From positions 7,052,889 through 7,116,888 of the forward strand of contig OZ037772.1 in assembly GCA_964035545.1 (NCBI GenBank): a stretch of DNA of 64,000 nt, written 5' to 3'. The translations under genes were made by a program, and so were the position numbers. The stretch is from Bugula neritina. Lineage: Eukaryota > Animalia > Bryozoa. How positions within the stretch are numbered: the stretch's first letter is position 1; each line of letters starts with the position of its first letter. Positions 45,893-64,000 of the stretch are shown here, one piece after another. The notes under the pieces were generated by a model. It had not been told where the DNA came from, did not search any database, and saw nothing but the letters and a program-made list of their open reading frames with translations.

Positions 45893-46829
45893 AAAGCAGA
45901 ACAAAAATTGACTGACAAACAAAATTCATCAATTAAATTTATATTTGATTTTTTCTAATTGTAATTATGCTATAGATTTTAAAACAAAACAGTTGACTTG
46001 TTATATATATTAATTAACAATGCTGAAGCAATTATGTTATTATAAGATTTTTATAAAGCATGTCAAACTTGTTTGATTTTATAGTAATTTCAAATGGGAC
46101 GTGTATGTAAACTTTGAATACTATATTGTGTCTTCAAGTTTGTAATTGTATACTCATAACAGTGTTTACAAATAAAGGCATTTTAGATATGTTTTTTTGT
46201 AAAGTGTTAAAAAATTACAGCATAATAATGGATTGGTTGGTCTGTTTGCAGAAAACTTTCAACATAGAATGCTAGATTGCATTTTTGTGAAACAGTTCAA
46301 AAACGTTATGTTTTCGATTTGCAGATAACTAAATTATTATAGCAATTACAACTGATGGCATGTTATTTTTATAAAGATTTGACCCAATAAAGATTAATTA
46401 TTATTGTTGCATTTCAAATTATTGAAATGAAAGTTATAACTGTATATACCAATTGCTTTATCAACTTTTTACAGCCTTTTGCATCATACTGTAAACAGTA
46501 TACAGTTATCTTCTGTGATCGATACTTCATTTAGGCAGATGGGAAAATAAGGTTTTATGTATGCATTTTGATCTCTGTGGTGTTTTACTAGAAGGTTGTT
46601 CCAATGCTCAAAGTTAATCTAGCTTACCCAAGGTCATAAACAAGACAAACTGATTGAACCATGTATAGTGATGAAATATTTTAGCATAACAGTACATCAA
46701 AAACAAATAATCTAAGCACGCAGCGGCAGAAAACTGTAGCCAATCGAATAATATTTCATTTAACGTATAATAGTATTTTACAGTACTCAATAAATACTTT
46801 TCACATCACTGCATAATTTAAAAGGAAAA

Positions 46830-47586
<757 letters not shown>

Positions 47587-47724
47587 ATATTTTATGCATA
47601 CTCAGTTTAGATGCATATTTAACCTAAGGAACTCACACATTTGAAATTCCTTTGTAATCAGAGGTTAAGTTGTAGCACACTATATTTACATAATTATGAT
47701 AAGAACAAAGGCTATAGAACTGAC

Positions 47725-47883
47725 AAAATGAAACTTCCTGTTACTCCCCCTGCTCTTCGCTCACTTAACTGCTTACTGCTCTATTATAAGCATCTACTAA
47801 CTACCCACTGCATCAGTTCACCACTTACTGCTCCAGTATAATCACCTATTATAGCTACTGCATCATTGCATACAAAGGTGAGT
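47725..47883 (+). promoter_or_regulatory. Promoter/leader module (duplicate at 51561-51719)
   Basis: AAAATGAAACT followed by a leader homologous to 26874-27010 and an AAG|GTGAGT donor at 47877/47878. Confidence 0.55.
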
Positions 47884-48012
47884 ATAAACCATATTTTATT
47901 TACAGTGCCAATAGCTTACTCTGTAGTCTATATGCAGTTTGAAAATAGTCACTGTGTGTCTGTCTGTGCTAACATGTACACATGTGGCTTCTTTCTCTCT
48001 ATCTTTCTGTAT

Positions 48013-48256
<244 letters not shown>

Positions 48257-48662
48257 TAACATATTCTGCAGCTTACACTCAGAGAGATTTAGATATATTG
48301 CTAACCAGTTAATATGTTTAATTCTGCTTTTTTCGTAACGAAACAAGTATTATAGCTAAGATCCAGGGAAATTATTTATAGAAACTAAAAAGCAGTGTTT
48401 GAAAAACTGGTGACCCTATCCACTGCTAATGTTGAAAGGTCAACAGCAATGTAGGTTCTGTATATGTATATAAGTGTGACCTATTCTAATGTCAGAGTGC
48501 ATTGTAATATAATCACGTTACAAAATACAAAGGCCATAAAATGATTGGGAGGATGAAATGAAACTTCATTCTGTTTACTGCTCTACTTGCTACTCTGCTA
48601 GTATAACTACATGTACATCCTAACTACAGCAGCACATGACTACTTGCTCTAACTCTAGTATT

Positions 48663-50211
48663 GTAATGGCATAGGGAATGTATGCCCTTCATTCATCTGG
48701 CACATAAACACTTACATGCAAAGCTTAAGTGTATTATAGTCATATAGGTATCATAACATTCCCTTCGTAATGCTCGAGCTAACATTGTAAAATACCACAC
48801 TTTCTGCAGTAGTGGCGCAGGGTTCCCACCGTCGGAACATACCGGCCAATCCAAAGACAGCCTCTCCTTATAAGGCGGGCCTCACAGACGTCCTGACTCA
48901 TTTTACATTTTTAGACGTGTTATAGAGCTCACTACTGTATTGAATATCTTTGTTATATATTTCTTCATATTGATGTAGTCTTTTATAATTAGTGTTTCAA
49001 ATATATCTATTCATTCAACCATAACAACTACTCGGTTCTCTCCAGCAAACCTCGAATAAAGGTTATGCTGTAGCAGTGCAAACACCGAATATAATCCATA
49101 CTGGTAGTAATCCGCAAAACTAGAAAAGTGGTGGCAGCGGTGAGATAATTATGTGTAGATACAACTGCTACTAGTCTGTTTGGAAAGATGATTATAGATG
49201 GCTAAAGCTGGACAATAAAGTGCCAAAAGAGAACCTGTCAGTGGAGAAACAGAACCGCCCGCAAAACCGACAAAGACTGCAAGCCCTTTTGAAGGTGAGC
49301 CCAAAACTTTTGAGAGTCAGAATAATCTGATACTGCAGGTGAGGAGGCAGATAGCGAAATGTCTGGTGAGAGACACTTTCTGAAAGCTCCCGTCTCTAAT
49401 GTTAGTGAAGCTGTAGAGCAATTTCTTCAAGAGTTTAGCAACTTGGTGACTGTCTCTAAGTGGCCACCTAGGACTGTACTCTTACAACTGTGGTTGAGAA
49501 TCACTGTTCACAGCATTTTTGCTGCCCTATGAGCCCAATTTGGCATATCAGCTATTGACACTAGGGTTTGCTGTCAAGGGTTGTGACGCAAACCGTGCAC
49601 ACCATTGCAAAAGCAGGCAGCCACGGTCAAACTGTTGGCACAAACCGCACATAGCGAATTGTCACCGACAAACCGAGAGCGTTACAACTCTGATGCCGCT
49701 GTGCAATCATTGGGCGACCTAAAACTCCACCACCAATTCCTGGCAAAAAGAGGCAAAGCAAGGTGAGGGAAGGTGAGGCTTATTTGCAGGCTAAACAGTT
49801 GCACAAGAGACGTATGAGCTCTCATCAGATTGGGACGAAGTTACGGCCCACCCGAGTCCGAACTGACCACTCACGTAGCCGTAACTGCATGCCCTTTTTT
49901 AGCTGCTGAACCAGCTTACATGGTGGAGGTAGCAAAATAATTAGTGGTGGGACTTGCACAGTTCTAGAAGGCTGGCCTGCTCAGAGACTTAAGAGATCGA
50001 AGCAGACTTTGCCTTTGGATGGGTTACTGCATGTTGAGAATGAGGTAGTTGCAGACGTCTTCGCAGGGAGTGTCTGCAAGTCTTGCAACAAGATTTAAGC
50101 CACCTCAGCCCAAAGCTTCATTTGCCAGTTGGGGGCCAGAGGTAAATCACTGGGTAAGGGAAAGCTATTTAAAATCCCCAAGGATGTCACGAGCGCCCCC
50201 AATCAAATGGC
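48663..50211 (+). mobile_element. Duplicated 5' LTR, PBS and decayed gag-like region of the Gypsy element
   Basis: Copy of 52443-53992 within the tandem duplication; PBS TGGTGGCAGCGGTGAGAT at 49130. Confidence 0.85.
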
Positions 50212-50608
50212 AGTTATAACTGTATATACCAATTGCTTTATCAACTTTTTACAGCCTTTTGCATCATACTACTGTAAACAGTATACAGTTATCTTCTGTG
50301 ATCGATACTTCATTTAGGCAGATGGGAAAATAAGGTTTTATGTATGCATTTTGATCTCTGTGGTGTTTTACTAGAAGGTTGTTCCAATGCTCAAAGTTAA
50401 TCTAGCTTACCCAAGGTCATAAACAAGACAAACTGATTGAACCATGTATAGTGATGAAATATTTTAGCATAACAGTACATCAAAAACAAATAATCTAAGC
50501 ACGCAGCGGCAGAAAACTGTAGCCAATCGAATAATATTTCATTTAACGTATAATAGTATTTTACAGTACTCAATAAATACTTTTCACATGCATAATTTAA
50601 AAGGAAAA

Positions 50609-50810
<202 letters not shown>

Positions 50811-50922
50811 TAATTTACACCTACAAACCTATATAACAATACAGCCACTGCTATGTTTTCGTTACGTTTTACCTTGTGTTTAGCATTTTGATTTTCTTAA
50901 TGTAAAAATTTAAATTCGTCAA

Positions 50923-50973
50923 TATTGTGCCTGAGGAGTGCCGAAGAGGCATGAAACTATTAGTAGTACAATA
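50923..50973 (+). ncRNA. Minimal type I hammerhead ribozyme, duplicate copy
   Basis: Same sequence as 47082-47132. Confidence 0.75.
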
Positions 50974-51095
50974 AATCAATATCTATATAATTAAATTGCT
51001 CTTTTCCTCAATAATATAATTGCTCATTATTATACACATAATAATTTGAGCACTTTTTTATCCGCTGTTTTTTAAAAATCTCACGATACAATTAT

Positions 51096-51177
<82 letters not shown>

Positions 51178-51212
51178 TATGTATATATATATATACACAC
51201 ATATATATATAT

Positions 51213-51422
<210 letters not shown>

Positions 51423-51848
51423 ATATTTTATGCATACTCAGTTTAGATGCATATTTAACCTAAGGAACTCACACATTTGAAATTCCTTTGTAATCAGAGG
51501 TTAAGTTGTAGCACACTATATTTACATAATTATGATAAGAACAAAGGCTATAGAACTGACAAAATGAAACTTCCTGTTACTCCCCCTGCTCTTCGCTCAC
51601 TTAACTGCTTACTGCTCTATTATAAGCATCTACTAACTACCCACTGCATCAGTTCACCACTTACTGCTCCAGTATAATCACCTATTATAGCTACTGCATC
51701 ATTGCATACAAAGGTGAGTATAAACCATATTTTATTTACAGTGCCAATAGCTTACTCTGTAGTCTATATGCAGTTTGAAAATAGTCACTGTGTGTCTGTC
51801 TGTGCTAACATGTACACATGTGGCTTCTTTCTCTCTATCTTTCTGTAT

Positions 51849-52034
<186 letters not shown>

Positions 52035-55000
52035 TAACATATTCTGCAGCTTACACTCAGAGAGATTTAGATATATTGCTAACCAGTTAATATGTTTAAT
52101 TCTGCTTTTTTCGTAACGAAACAAGTATTATAGCTAAGATCCAGGGAAATTATTTATAGAAACTAAAAAGCAGTGTTTGAAAAACTGGTGGTGACCCTAT
52201 CCACTGCTAATGTTGAAAGGTCAACAGCAATGTAGGTTCTGTATATGTATATAAGTGTGACCTATTCTAATGTCAGAGTGCATTGTAATATAATCACGTT
52301 ACAAAATACAAAGGCCATAAAATGATTGGGAGGATGAAATGAAACTTCATTCTGTTTACTGCTCTACTTGCTACTCTGCTAGTATAACTACATGTACATC
52401 CTAACTACAGCAGCACATGACTACTTGCTCTAACTCTAGTATTGTAATGGCATAGGGAATGTATGCCCTTCATTCATCTGGCACATAAACACTTACATGC
52501 AAAGCTTAAGTGTATTATAGTCATATAGGTATCATAACATTCCCTTCGTAATGCTCGAGCTAACATTGTAAAATACCACACTTTCTGCAGTAGTGGCGCA
52601 GGGTTCCCACCGTCGGAACATACCGGCCAATCCAAAGACAGCCTCTCCTTATAAGGCGGGCCTCACAGACGTCCTGACTCATTTTACATTTTTAGACGTG
52701 TTATAGAGCTCACTACTGTATTGAATATCTTTGTTATATATTTCTTCATATTGATGTAGTCTTTTATAATTAGTGTTTCAAATATATCTATTCATTCAAC
52801 CATAACAACTACTCGGTTCTCTCCAGCAAACCTCGAATAAAGGTTATGCTGTAGCAGTGCAAACACCGAATATAATCCATACTGGTAGTAATCCGCAAAA
52901 CTAGAAAAGTGGTGGCAGCGGTGAGATAATTATGTGTAGATACAACTGCTACTAGTCTGTTTGGAAAGATGATTATAGATGGCTAAAGCTGGACAATAAA
53001 GTGCCAAAAGAGAACCTGTCAGTGGAGAAACAGAACCGCCCGCAAAACCGACAAAGACTGCAAGCCCTTTTGAAGGTGAGCCCAAAACTTTTGAGAGTCA
53101 GAATAATCTGATACTGCAGGTGAGGAGGCAGATAGCGAAATGTCTGGTGAGAGACACTTTCTGAAAGCTCCCGTCTCTAATGTTAGTGAAGCTGTAGAGC
53201 AATTTCTTCAAGAGTTTAGCAACTTGGTGACTGTCTCTAAGTGGCCACCTAGGACTGTACTCTTACAACTGTGGTTGAGAATCACTGTTCACAGCATTTT
53301 TGCTGCCCTATGAGCCCAATTTGGCATATCAGCTATTGACACTAGGGTTTGCTGTCAAGGGTTGTGACGCAAACCGTGCACACCATTGCAAAAGCAGGCA
53401 GCCACGGTCAAACTGTTGGCACAAACCGCACATAGCGAATTGTCACCGACAAACCGAGAGCGTTACAACTCTGATGCCGCTGTGCAATCATTGGGCGACC
53501 TAAAACTCCACCACCAATTCCTGGCAAAAAGAGGCAAAGCAAGGTGAGGGAAGGTGAGGCTTATTTGCAGGCTAAACAGTTGCACAAGAGACGTATGAGC
53601 TCTCATCAGATTGGGACGAAGTTACGGCCCACCCGAGTCCGAACTGACCACTCACGTAGCCGTAACTGCATGCCCTTTTTTAGCTGCTGAACCAGCTTAC
53701 ATGGTGGAGGTAGCAAAATAATTAGTGGTGGGACTTGCACAGTTCTAGAAGGCTGGCCTGCTCAGAGACTTAAGAGATCGAAGCAGACTTTGCCTTTGGA
53801 TGGGTTACTGCATGTTGAGAATGAGGTAGTTGCAGACGTCTTCGCAGGGAGTGTCTGCAAGTCTTGCAACAAGATTTAAGCCACCTCAGCCCAAAGCTTC
53901 ATTTGCCAGTTGGGGGCCAGAGGTAAATCACTGGGTAAGGGAAAGCTATTTAAAATCCCCAAGGATGTCACGAGCGCCCCCAATCAAATGGCAGGTGCCA
54001 AGGAGGACTGGCAAGCCGTATGACAGGCCTGTTGCTATACTCAGCCTGGCCACGTCAGAAAAATTTTAACGGACTGAAAATTGAGTGGTCTGATAAAGAG
54101 GTCAGGCAGGACCATAAGTTTGCAAATGTGCCTCTGCAACCTCTGAGACCATCTCGTAGCCGTCGGACGCAGGCCTCGCCCAAACTCAAGGCTCCAGAAG
54201 TGTTACATTTAGAGGTCGAGAGCACTTAGAGAATTAAAGTACAACTCTATGGCAGCAGCCATTTCTTGCTAGACAAAATAGCGGGCAGAGCTGCTACCAT
54301 CCTGCTGGATTCAGGATGTACTACGAACCTTTTGAGACGCCGACTCTTCGACACACTCAGCATAAAAGACCAGGCGGCCTGGGAATTATGGCATGTTCGC
54401 GGACAGGTCATTGATTTTTTGGCATCAATGAGCTTGCTGGTAGAATTCGATATTAGGCAATTAGTAAGGCATTTATCGTCAGCCAGCTCAAGGAAGACGC
54501 TATCCTTGGGAGGAATGCGGGAATAACAGGGAACGCCTGATAATGGTGCAGTTACTTAGTGAGGACAAAGACGTGTTCAGCAGGGGGCACCATGACGTGG
54601 GCTTGACCAAGACTATCCATCATGAAATTCCTCTGGCTGCGAAAATGGTCCCAATCCAGCAAGCTAGCTGCGGGTTGGGCTGGGAGAGGGCGAAGGAGGT
54701 GAGCCGGTAAGTCCACAACCTTCCAGACCGTGACCTGATAGAGCCTGCCCACGGAAGACGCATGTGAGCTGGCAATTTTGTGTGGATTACCACAGGTTGA
54801 ACAGCGTTACCATACAGGACACATGTCCCTTCCTGTATTGATGAGTCCCTAGACACTCTGACCGGTAGCAAGTACTTCAGTACGCTAGAATTGCTGAGCG
54901 GGCACGTGCAGGTGCCTCTCAGTCCTGATGCTCAGGACAAGACCGAGTTCATCACCAGTGATGGGCTCTAGAAATGGAAATTGTTACCATTTGGGTTCAC

Positions 55001-55674
55001 CTCAGCTCCGGCAGTGTTTTAAAGACTCATGGAGTAGGTTCTCAGTGAGCTGCACTGGGAAACCTTGCTCATCTACCTTGATGACTCCATCATGATCTCC
55101 CCAGACTTTACGACTCACTTCAGCGATTTGTGAGAAGTTTCCGAGAGGCTTCAAGGAGCCGGTCTAAAACTGAAACTTTCCAAGTGCGCTCTGTTACAGC
55201 TGGAGGTTAAATAACTGGGCTATGTTGTTGGCCAAGACAGCGTAGCTACCGACCGCGATAAGGTGCGGGCAGTGGAAAACTGGGCTACCCCTCAGTATCT
55301 CACAGGACTACATCTTTTCCTGGGGCTAGTAGGTACCACCGGCAGTGCATACTGGACTCTGTGGAGATAGCGCAGCCCTTAAATTGGCTAAACACAATGG
55401 GGGCCTACTGGCAACCGCTGTCCACTCGCCAGGACATTGTATTTGATTGTTTGCAAAGCGACAACATAAAGCAAGGTGGAAGTCGCCACAGTGAGCCACT
55501 GCGGGCGTTGTGGGAGTTGTGCGACCAACAGAAAATTATTTTCTATGCAAAGGTGAAATAATGGGGGGGAGTAATTATACCTATAACACAATGGTCACAC
55601 CACTTGCAGCAACCAAGCTGCCCAGCCTTTTCATGTTCAACAGTCGATAGAACTAGATGTTCGCTGACTGTTAA

Positions 55675-56365
55675 CCCTTACGCGATCAATGGACCATACA
55701 TGTCCTTGAAAGCGACACTATCCACAGATCAATGGACGATATATGGTCTTTTACGTATACAAACAATAGCGCTTACTTCAAACCTCTAGTTTTCAACTGA
55801 ATAGCCTAAAAGTTTTTGTAATTAATGTTGATGGTGCAGCTTAGTAATTTTGAGATAATTATAGCCAATAAATTGTATTAAAAAGAATAGCTACCAAGCC
55901 AGCTATTTGCTTTTCAAGTTTTTGCCTGAATTTCAAAATTGTCGGTAAAATTTTATGCTACTTTCAAATGCAACAAACTGCTATCAACTTATATAGAGCC
56001 AGTTTATTTTATTCAGAATAAAGTTAGAAGAACATCTAAAGAGATAGAAGTGTTGAAATCACAATATTTTGAATCATATTCTAAATTTATTTTATCATTT
56101 TGAATATTCAATTTTTAAATGGCGGGTTTGAGCGGTCAAATTAAAATGACTGATTTTAGTTAGAGTTTCGATCTCCTGTCACTTTTAAAAGTTTTTTATA
56201 ATAGAAAATACACTTAAAATTATAATACCCAGTTCATTCAAGGCCAAAATTCAGTGTAACTTTTCAATAATGAAATTGAAACTTACTCAAAATTTGCTAA
56301 CACATTTTGCGATAAACTCAAACGAGCCATAAAATTACGCAACTTCAAAGTTGATCGCGAAAGGG
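55675..56365. mobile_element. piggyBac-like non-autonomous element nested in the Gypsy element
   Basis: TTAA|CCCTTACGCGATCAA ... TTGATCGCGAAAGGG inverted termini; right TTAA is degenerate (AGAA); AT-rich interior. Confidence 0.55.
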
Positions 56366-57009
56366 AGAAAATAATAATTATTTTTAATTATTCAAGTATA
56401 AATTTAAATGCTGGTATTGGAGGTAAAACACTCAAATTAAGTTGTTCTATAATTATAAAGACTGATCTGATGTCAGTGCAGTTCGACTCAGTCAATCAGT
56501 TTGAGTTAGACTTAGTGAAGACTTTGACAACCGACATTGACAAAAAGAACTTGGTAATGACCTATAATCTATTAGATCAAAATTTGGAATCCATAACTCT
56601 CTGTCAGTCTAAGCAGTTGTCAACAGTCTCGTGAGTGCCATAAAAAAGAATAAGTGATTCGTAGACTGGTAAAAGTTGTGAATCACGTGCTTTAGGATAT
56701 GAAAATCCCAGTAGAACTACTCCTGATTAGGCTTTTTTAATTCCACTCCACCTGCAACGGCGGGCGCTTTGTCTTCACTGGAGATGACCTAAGATGACAA
56801 GCTTGTACCCAAGACACAGCCGTTACCCTCGGTAGATAGCCAACATATTTTCAGAGACTGCATGCTGCCAACACCACTTAATTATCAGGTTGAATGGACT
56901 TTGCTCTCAACACGTAAAGACAACATTGGTACATTGGGAAGTTCAAATAACATAGGCGGCCATCAATGTCAATAAAAATTCACTACCAACCGTCGCCGGA
57001 GATATTATG

Positions 57010-57765
57010 CACAGGATAGTTAAGGGCATCCTCACTAAGAATATCATAAATTTCTCTCAAAATGTAGTTCAGGTTCTTGAATAATATTGCTCTGCTGGTG
57101 GCATGCGTGTTGCCTACTTGTAATTGTTTAGCCTAAGTTTAAACTACAATCAATAAGCAGCAACCTTCGTTAGGGCTGCGTAATCTATCAACATTCCATT
57201 ATGGGTGCTACATAAACAAAGTACAAAGCGAGCTATTCATTACAGCCTGCCAGCTAGCAAGCCTGTATTTATTATGTAGGCGCCAATATCTTCTCATCCC
57301 TACGTGCTCAGTGAAGCGTGAAGTGCTGCGCGCTGCTAGTTTCTTATGAGAAAATATGGCATTTTCAGTGTATAAATCACCAATTTATGAGCAATCTAGC
57401 AGAGTTACTGAAAAAAGAAAAAAATTTACACTGGAGAAATATCTCAGGATTCTAGCAGTGCAATTTTTATTCAGATATCATGCTTTGCTGCTGAGATATT
57501 TTACTGGTACTGAAAAGTCAGCTTTTCAGGCAAAATTGGCCAAAATTGGGCAGTTTTTTGTCTATAACTTTGCAAAAAAAATGAAAATTGAAAATTCCAA
57601 AAATGTTACACTGGAGAAAAAGAAGATCTACAACATAGTTTTTAAATTTTGACTCTAGCACAATTCAGTGAGATTTTATTTTACTGGTACTGAATTCTTG
57701 TATGATTACAATGCAAACCTCAGCAAGGCAGTTGCAGCTAAAAGGTTGCCCTTAACTATCCTGTG
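57010..57765 (+). mobile_element. CACAG-ended MITE, copy 3, nested in the Gypsy element
   Basis: Same TIRs, flanked by a TG duplication. Confidence 0.92.
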
Positions 57766-58841
57766 TGTTCTCTTACACTAGATAACCACGTTCTGTCCTT
57801 GCAGAAAACTCAGCTATATCGTGATTATTTTTGCCGTCACCAGATGACAATGAAATGTTACCTGGGTTATCTCTTTGAAATAAATGCCTCTACTTTAAAC
57901 CAGTTCTTTGAACTCATCCACTCTCTTGTCTAACATCAAGGCAAACTGTCCCAGCCCACCAAAGGTTTCCCCTCCTCTGCCCATCATGGCTGGCTCCTTG
58001 CCTATCATCGAAAACATAGCCTCCTGCTCATCCTTCAGCCGGAGACCACCTGTGTCATAGTCAGACGCCTCAACCCAGCTGAAAATGTCAGGTCCTTACA
58101 CTTCGACAAACTACGGCCAGGCCTGCAAAGAAGAAAAAGAGACACTCTTTTCTTTCAACCACCCCAGCTTGTCTAGTACCATACACAACCTAGGTCTTAG
58201 AGCAAAGTATCTACAGACTCAAGAGTAAAATGAACCAGCTGACCTTCCCCGCTGCTGGCTGTCACTACTGAGCTAACCAGTGTCAAAGATGCCCTTGCCA
58301 GCCATGAGCGTAAGAATCGACAATCTTGACAGGGAAGATAATTGTAGCCTGTGTTCTTCCAGCAGACCATATATGTTGCTTAAGGTAATGTTACCGTAAC
58401 TCTTGTTCAGACAATAAGTAGTGATGCCTACCTCTACAGAATTAGTCTCGGTGCCTAGTTTAACTATATATGCATTGCAGTGAATTTATGATCAGTGTTT
58501 AAAATAAATCTATTCATTCAACCATTACAACAACTCGGTTCTCTCTAACAAACCTTCTATAAAGGTTATGCTCCAGTAGTGCAAACACAAAATATAATCC
58601 ACACTGGTAGGAGCCCGCAAAACTACCACAGTATAACTAAGCACTAACTGCTGCATCACTAAAATAAAAGGTGAGAAAAGACCAATTTATTACGCTATAG
58701 TTTACCCTGGCTACAAGTTAGAGCTACAAACTAGTTTTAGCAACTTTTTTTTATTTCTGGCACGTATTTTGTATGATAATTATATTAAAACGTAAACATG
58801 CAGATTGCTAAGTATTTGATAAGAAAAGTTATAAAACAGAT

Positions 58842-59007
58842 AAAATGAAACTGGTTGTCACTCCCCGCGCCATTTGTTCACTTAGCTACGCGCTACTCCA
58901 GTATAACCATCTACTGTAGCTATACAGCACCACTTCACTACTTACTGCTCTATAGCACATGTAGCTACTTAATAGATATTGCATCATTTCATATAACAAA
59001 GGTGGGT
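58842..59007 (+). promoter_or_regulatory. Proximal promoter and leader exon of gene F
   Basis: AAAATGAAACT at 58842-58852, leader-family sequence, AAG|GTGGGT donor at 59001/59002. Confidence 0.55.
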
Positions 59008-59544
59008 AAAGATCATATTTTTCTTTACTATTTTTATATTATCGGATACTAATTAATACAGTAGAATAGCAGTTAATTTTGGTGGTTGCATATTAACTCT
59101 AATAAAAAATTTGCTTCTTTTATAAGTTTGGTGTAAGAAATTTATACACTTTATAGGTCAACTGGTAGAAAAAATATTATGCTTTGTGTTGTTCGATGAA
59201 CTTGAAAAATCTTGTAGCCTTTATAAATTGTCTTAGTTTATCACCTTTTTCAGCATTGCATCTAGTTTTAGGAATGGTGAATCAGTGAGTTCTTTTTCTT
59301 TTGTGGCATTCTTCTGTAGATTAATCTGGAGACTACATGTGCTTGTAAAATTGTCAATATCTGTCTGCTTGCACTATAGCAAGTGCATGGGTGGTTATTT
59401 GTATGTCTGTGTAAACATACATTTGTTTGTACAATTTGTACAGACCGTACCAAAACCATCATTCTTACACTATTACAGAAAAATGATGTTCCCTTTCCCT
59501 CTATATTTCATCTTTTATGCTCCTTCTGTTTCTCTCCCTCTTGT

Positions 59545-59685
<141 letters not shown>

Positions 59686-59755
59686 CAAAAACTATAAACT
59701 TTGCCTCATAATTTTCCCAAACATAATAACAATTGTTTTATTTTGCAAATTCAAG

Positions 59756-64000
<4,245 letters not shown>

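Larger units (their letters stand above)
52443..58630 (+). mobile_element. Decayed Ty3/Gypsy LTR retrotransposon with nested insertions
   Basis: TG...CA ends, GTAT duplication (52439-52442 and 58631-58634), tRNA-Leu-type PBS at 52910, protease LLDSGCT (~54300), RT with YLDD (~54800-55380), purine tract ~58331-58341 before the 3' LTR at 58343. Confidence 0.9.

Noticed and set aside
52910-52927. tRNA-Leu gene
   Set aside because: Only an 18-nt complement of the tRNA 3' end after an LTR, which is a primer-binding site.

Overview
AT-rich, intron-containing animal (probably invertebrate) genomic DNA. The window holds a tandem and inverted cluster of paralogous TRIM/RBCC genes. Each has seven coding exons with conserved sizes and phases: C3HC4 RING (164 nt), B-box1 (160), B-box2 (181), two coiled-coil exons (200, 277), and an NHL/SGL-like beta-propeller (669-672 plus 128-140). 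Genes A, B and C are on the minus strand and D, E and F on the plus strand. B, C and E are complete (~594-595 aa); A and F run off the window; D has lost its RING and B-box exons. Two extra propeller cassettes follow C and D. The propellers vary in short patches on a near-invariant framework and appear to be shuffled between paralogs. Putative non-coding leader exons are preceded by an IRF/ISRE-type AANNGAAACT motif, several with an NF-kB site ~90-130 bp further upstream, and these modules are multiplied upstream of C and F. Together this suggests a diversifying, immune-inducible TRIM receptor array (inference). Also present: two decayed Gypsy elements, three copies of a CACAG-ended MITE, an RTE-like LINE fragment, a piggyBac-like MITE, two minimal hammerhead ribozymes, a 3.78-kb tandem duplication, a 424-bp palindrome and many microsatellites. 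Exon boundaries were read by eye from GT-AG sites and paralog comparison; no database search was possible.
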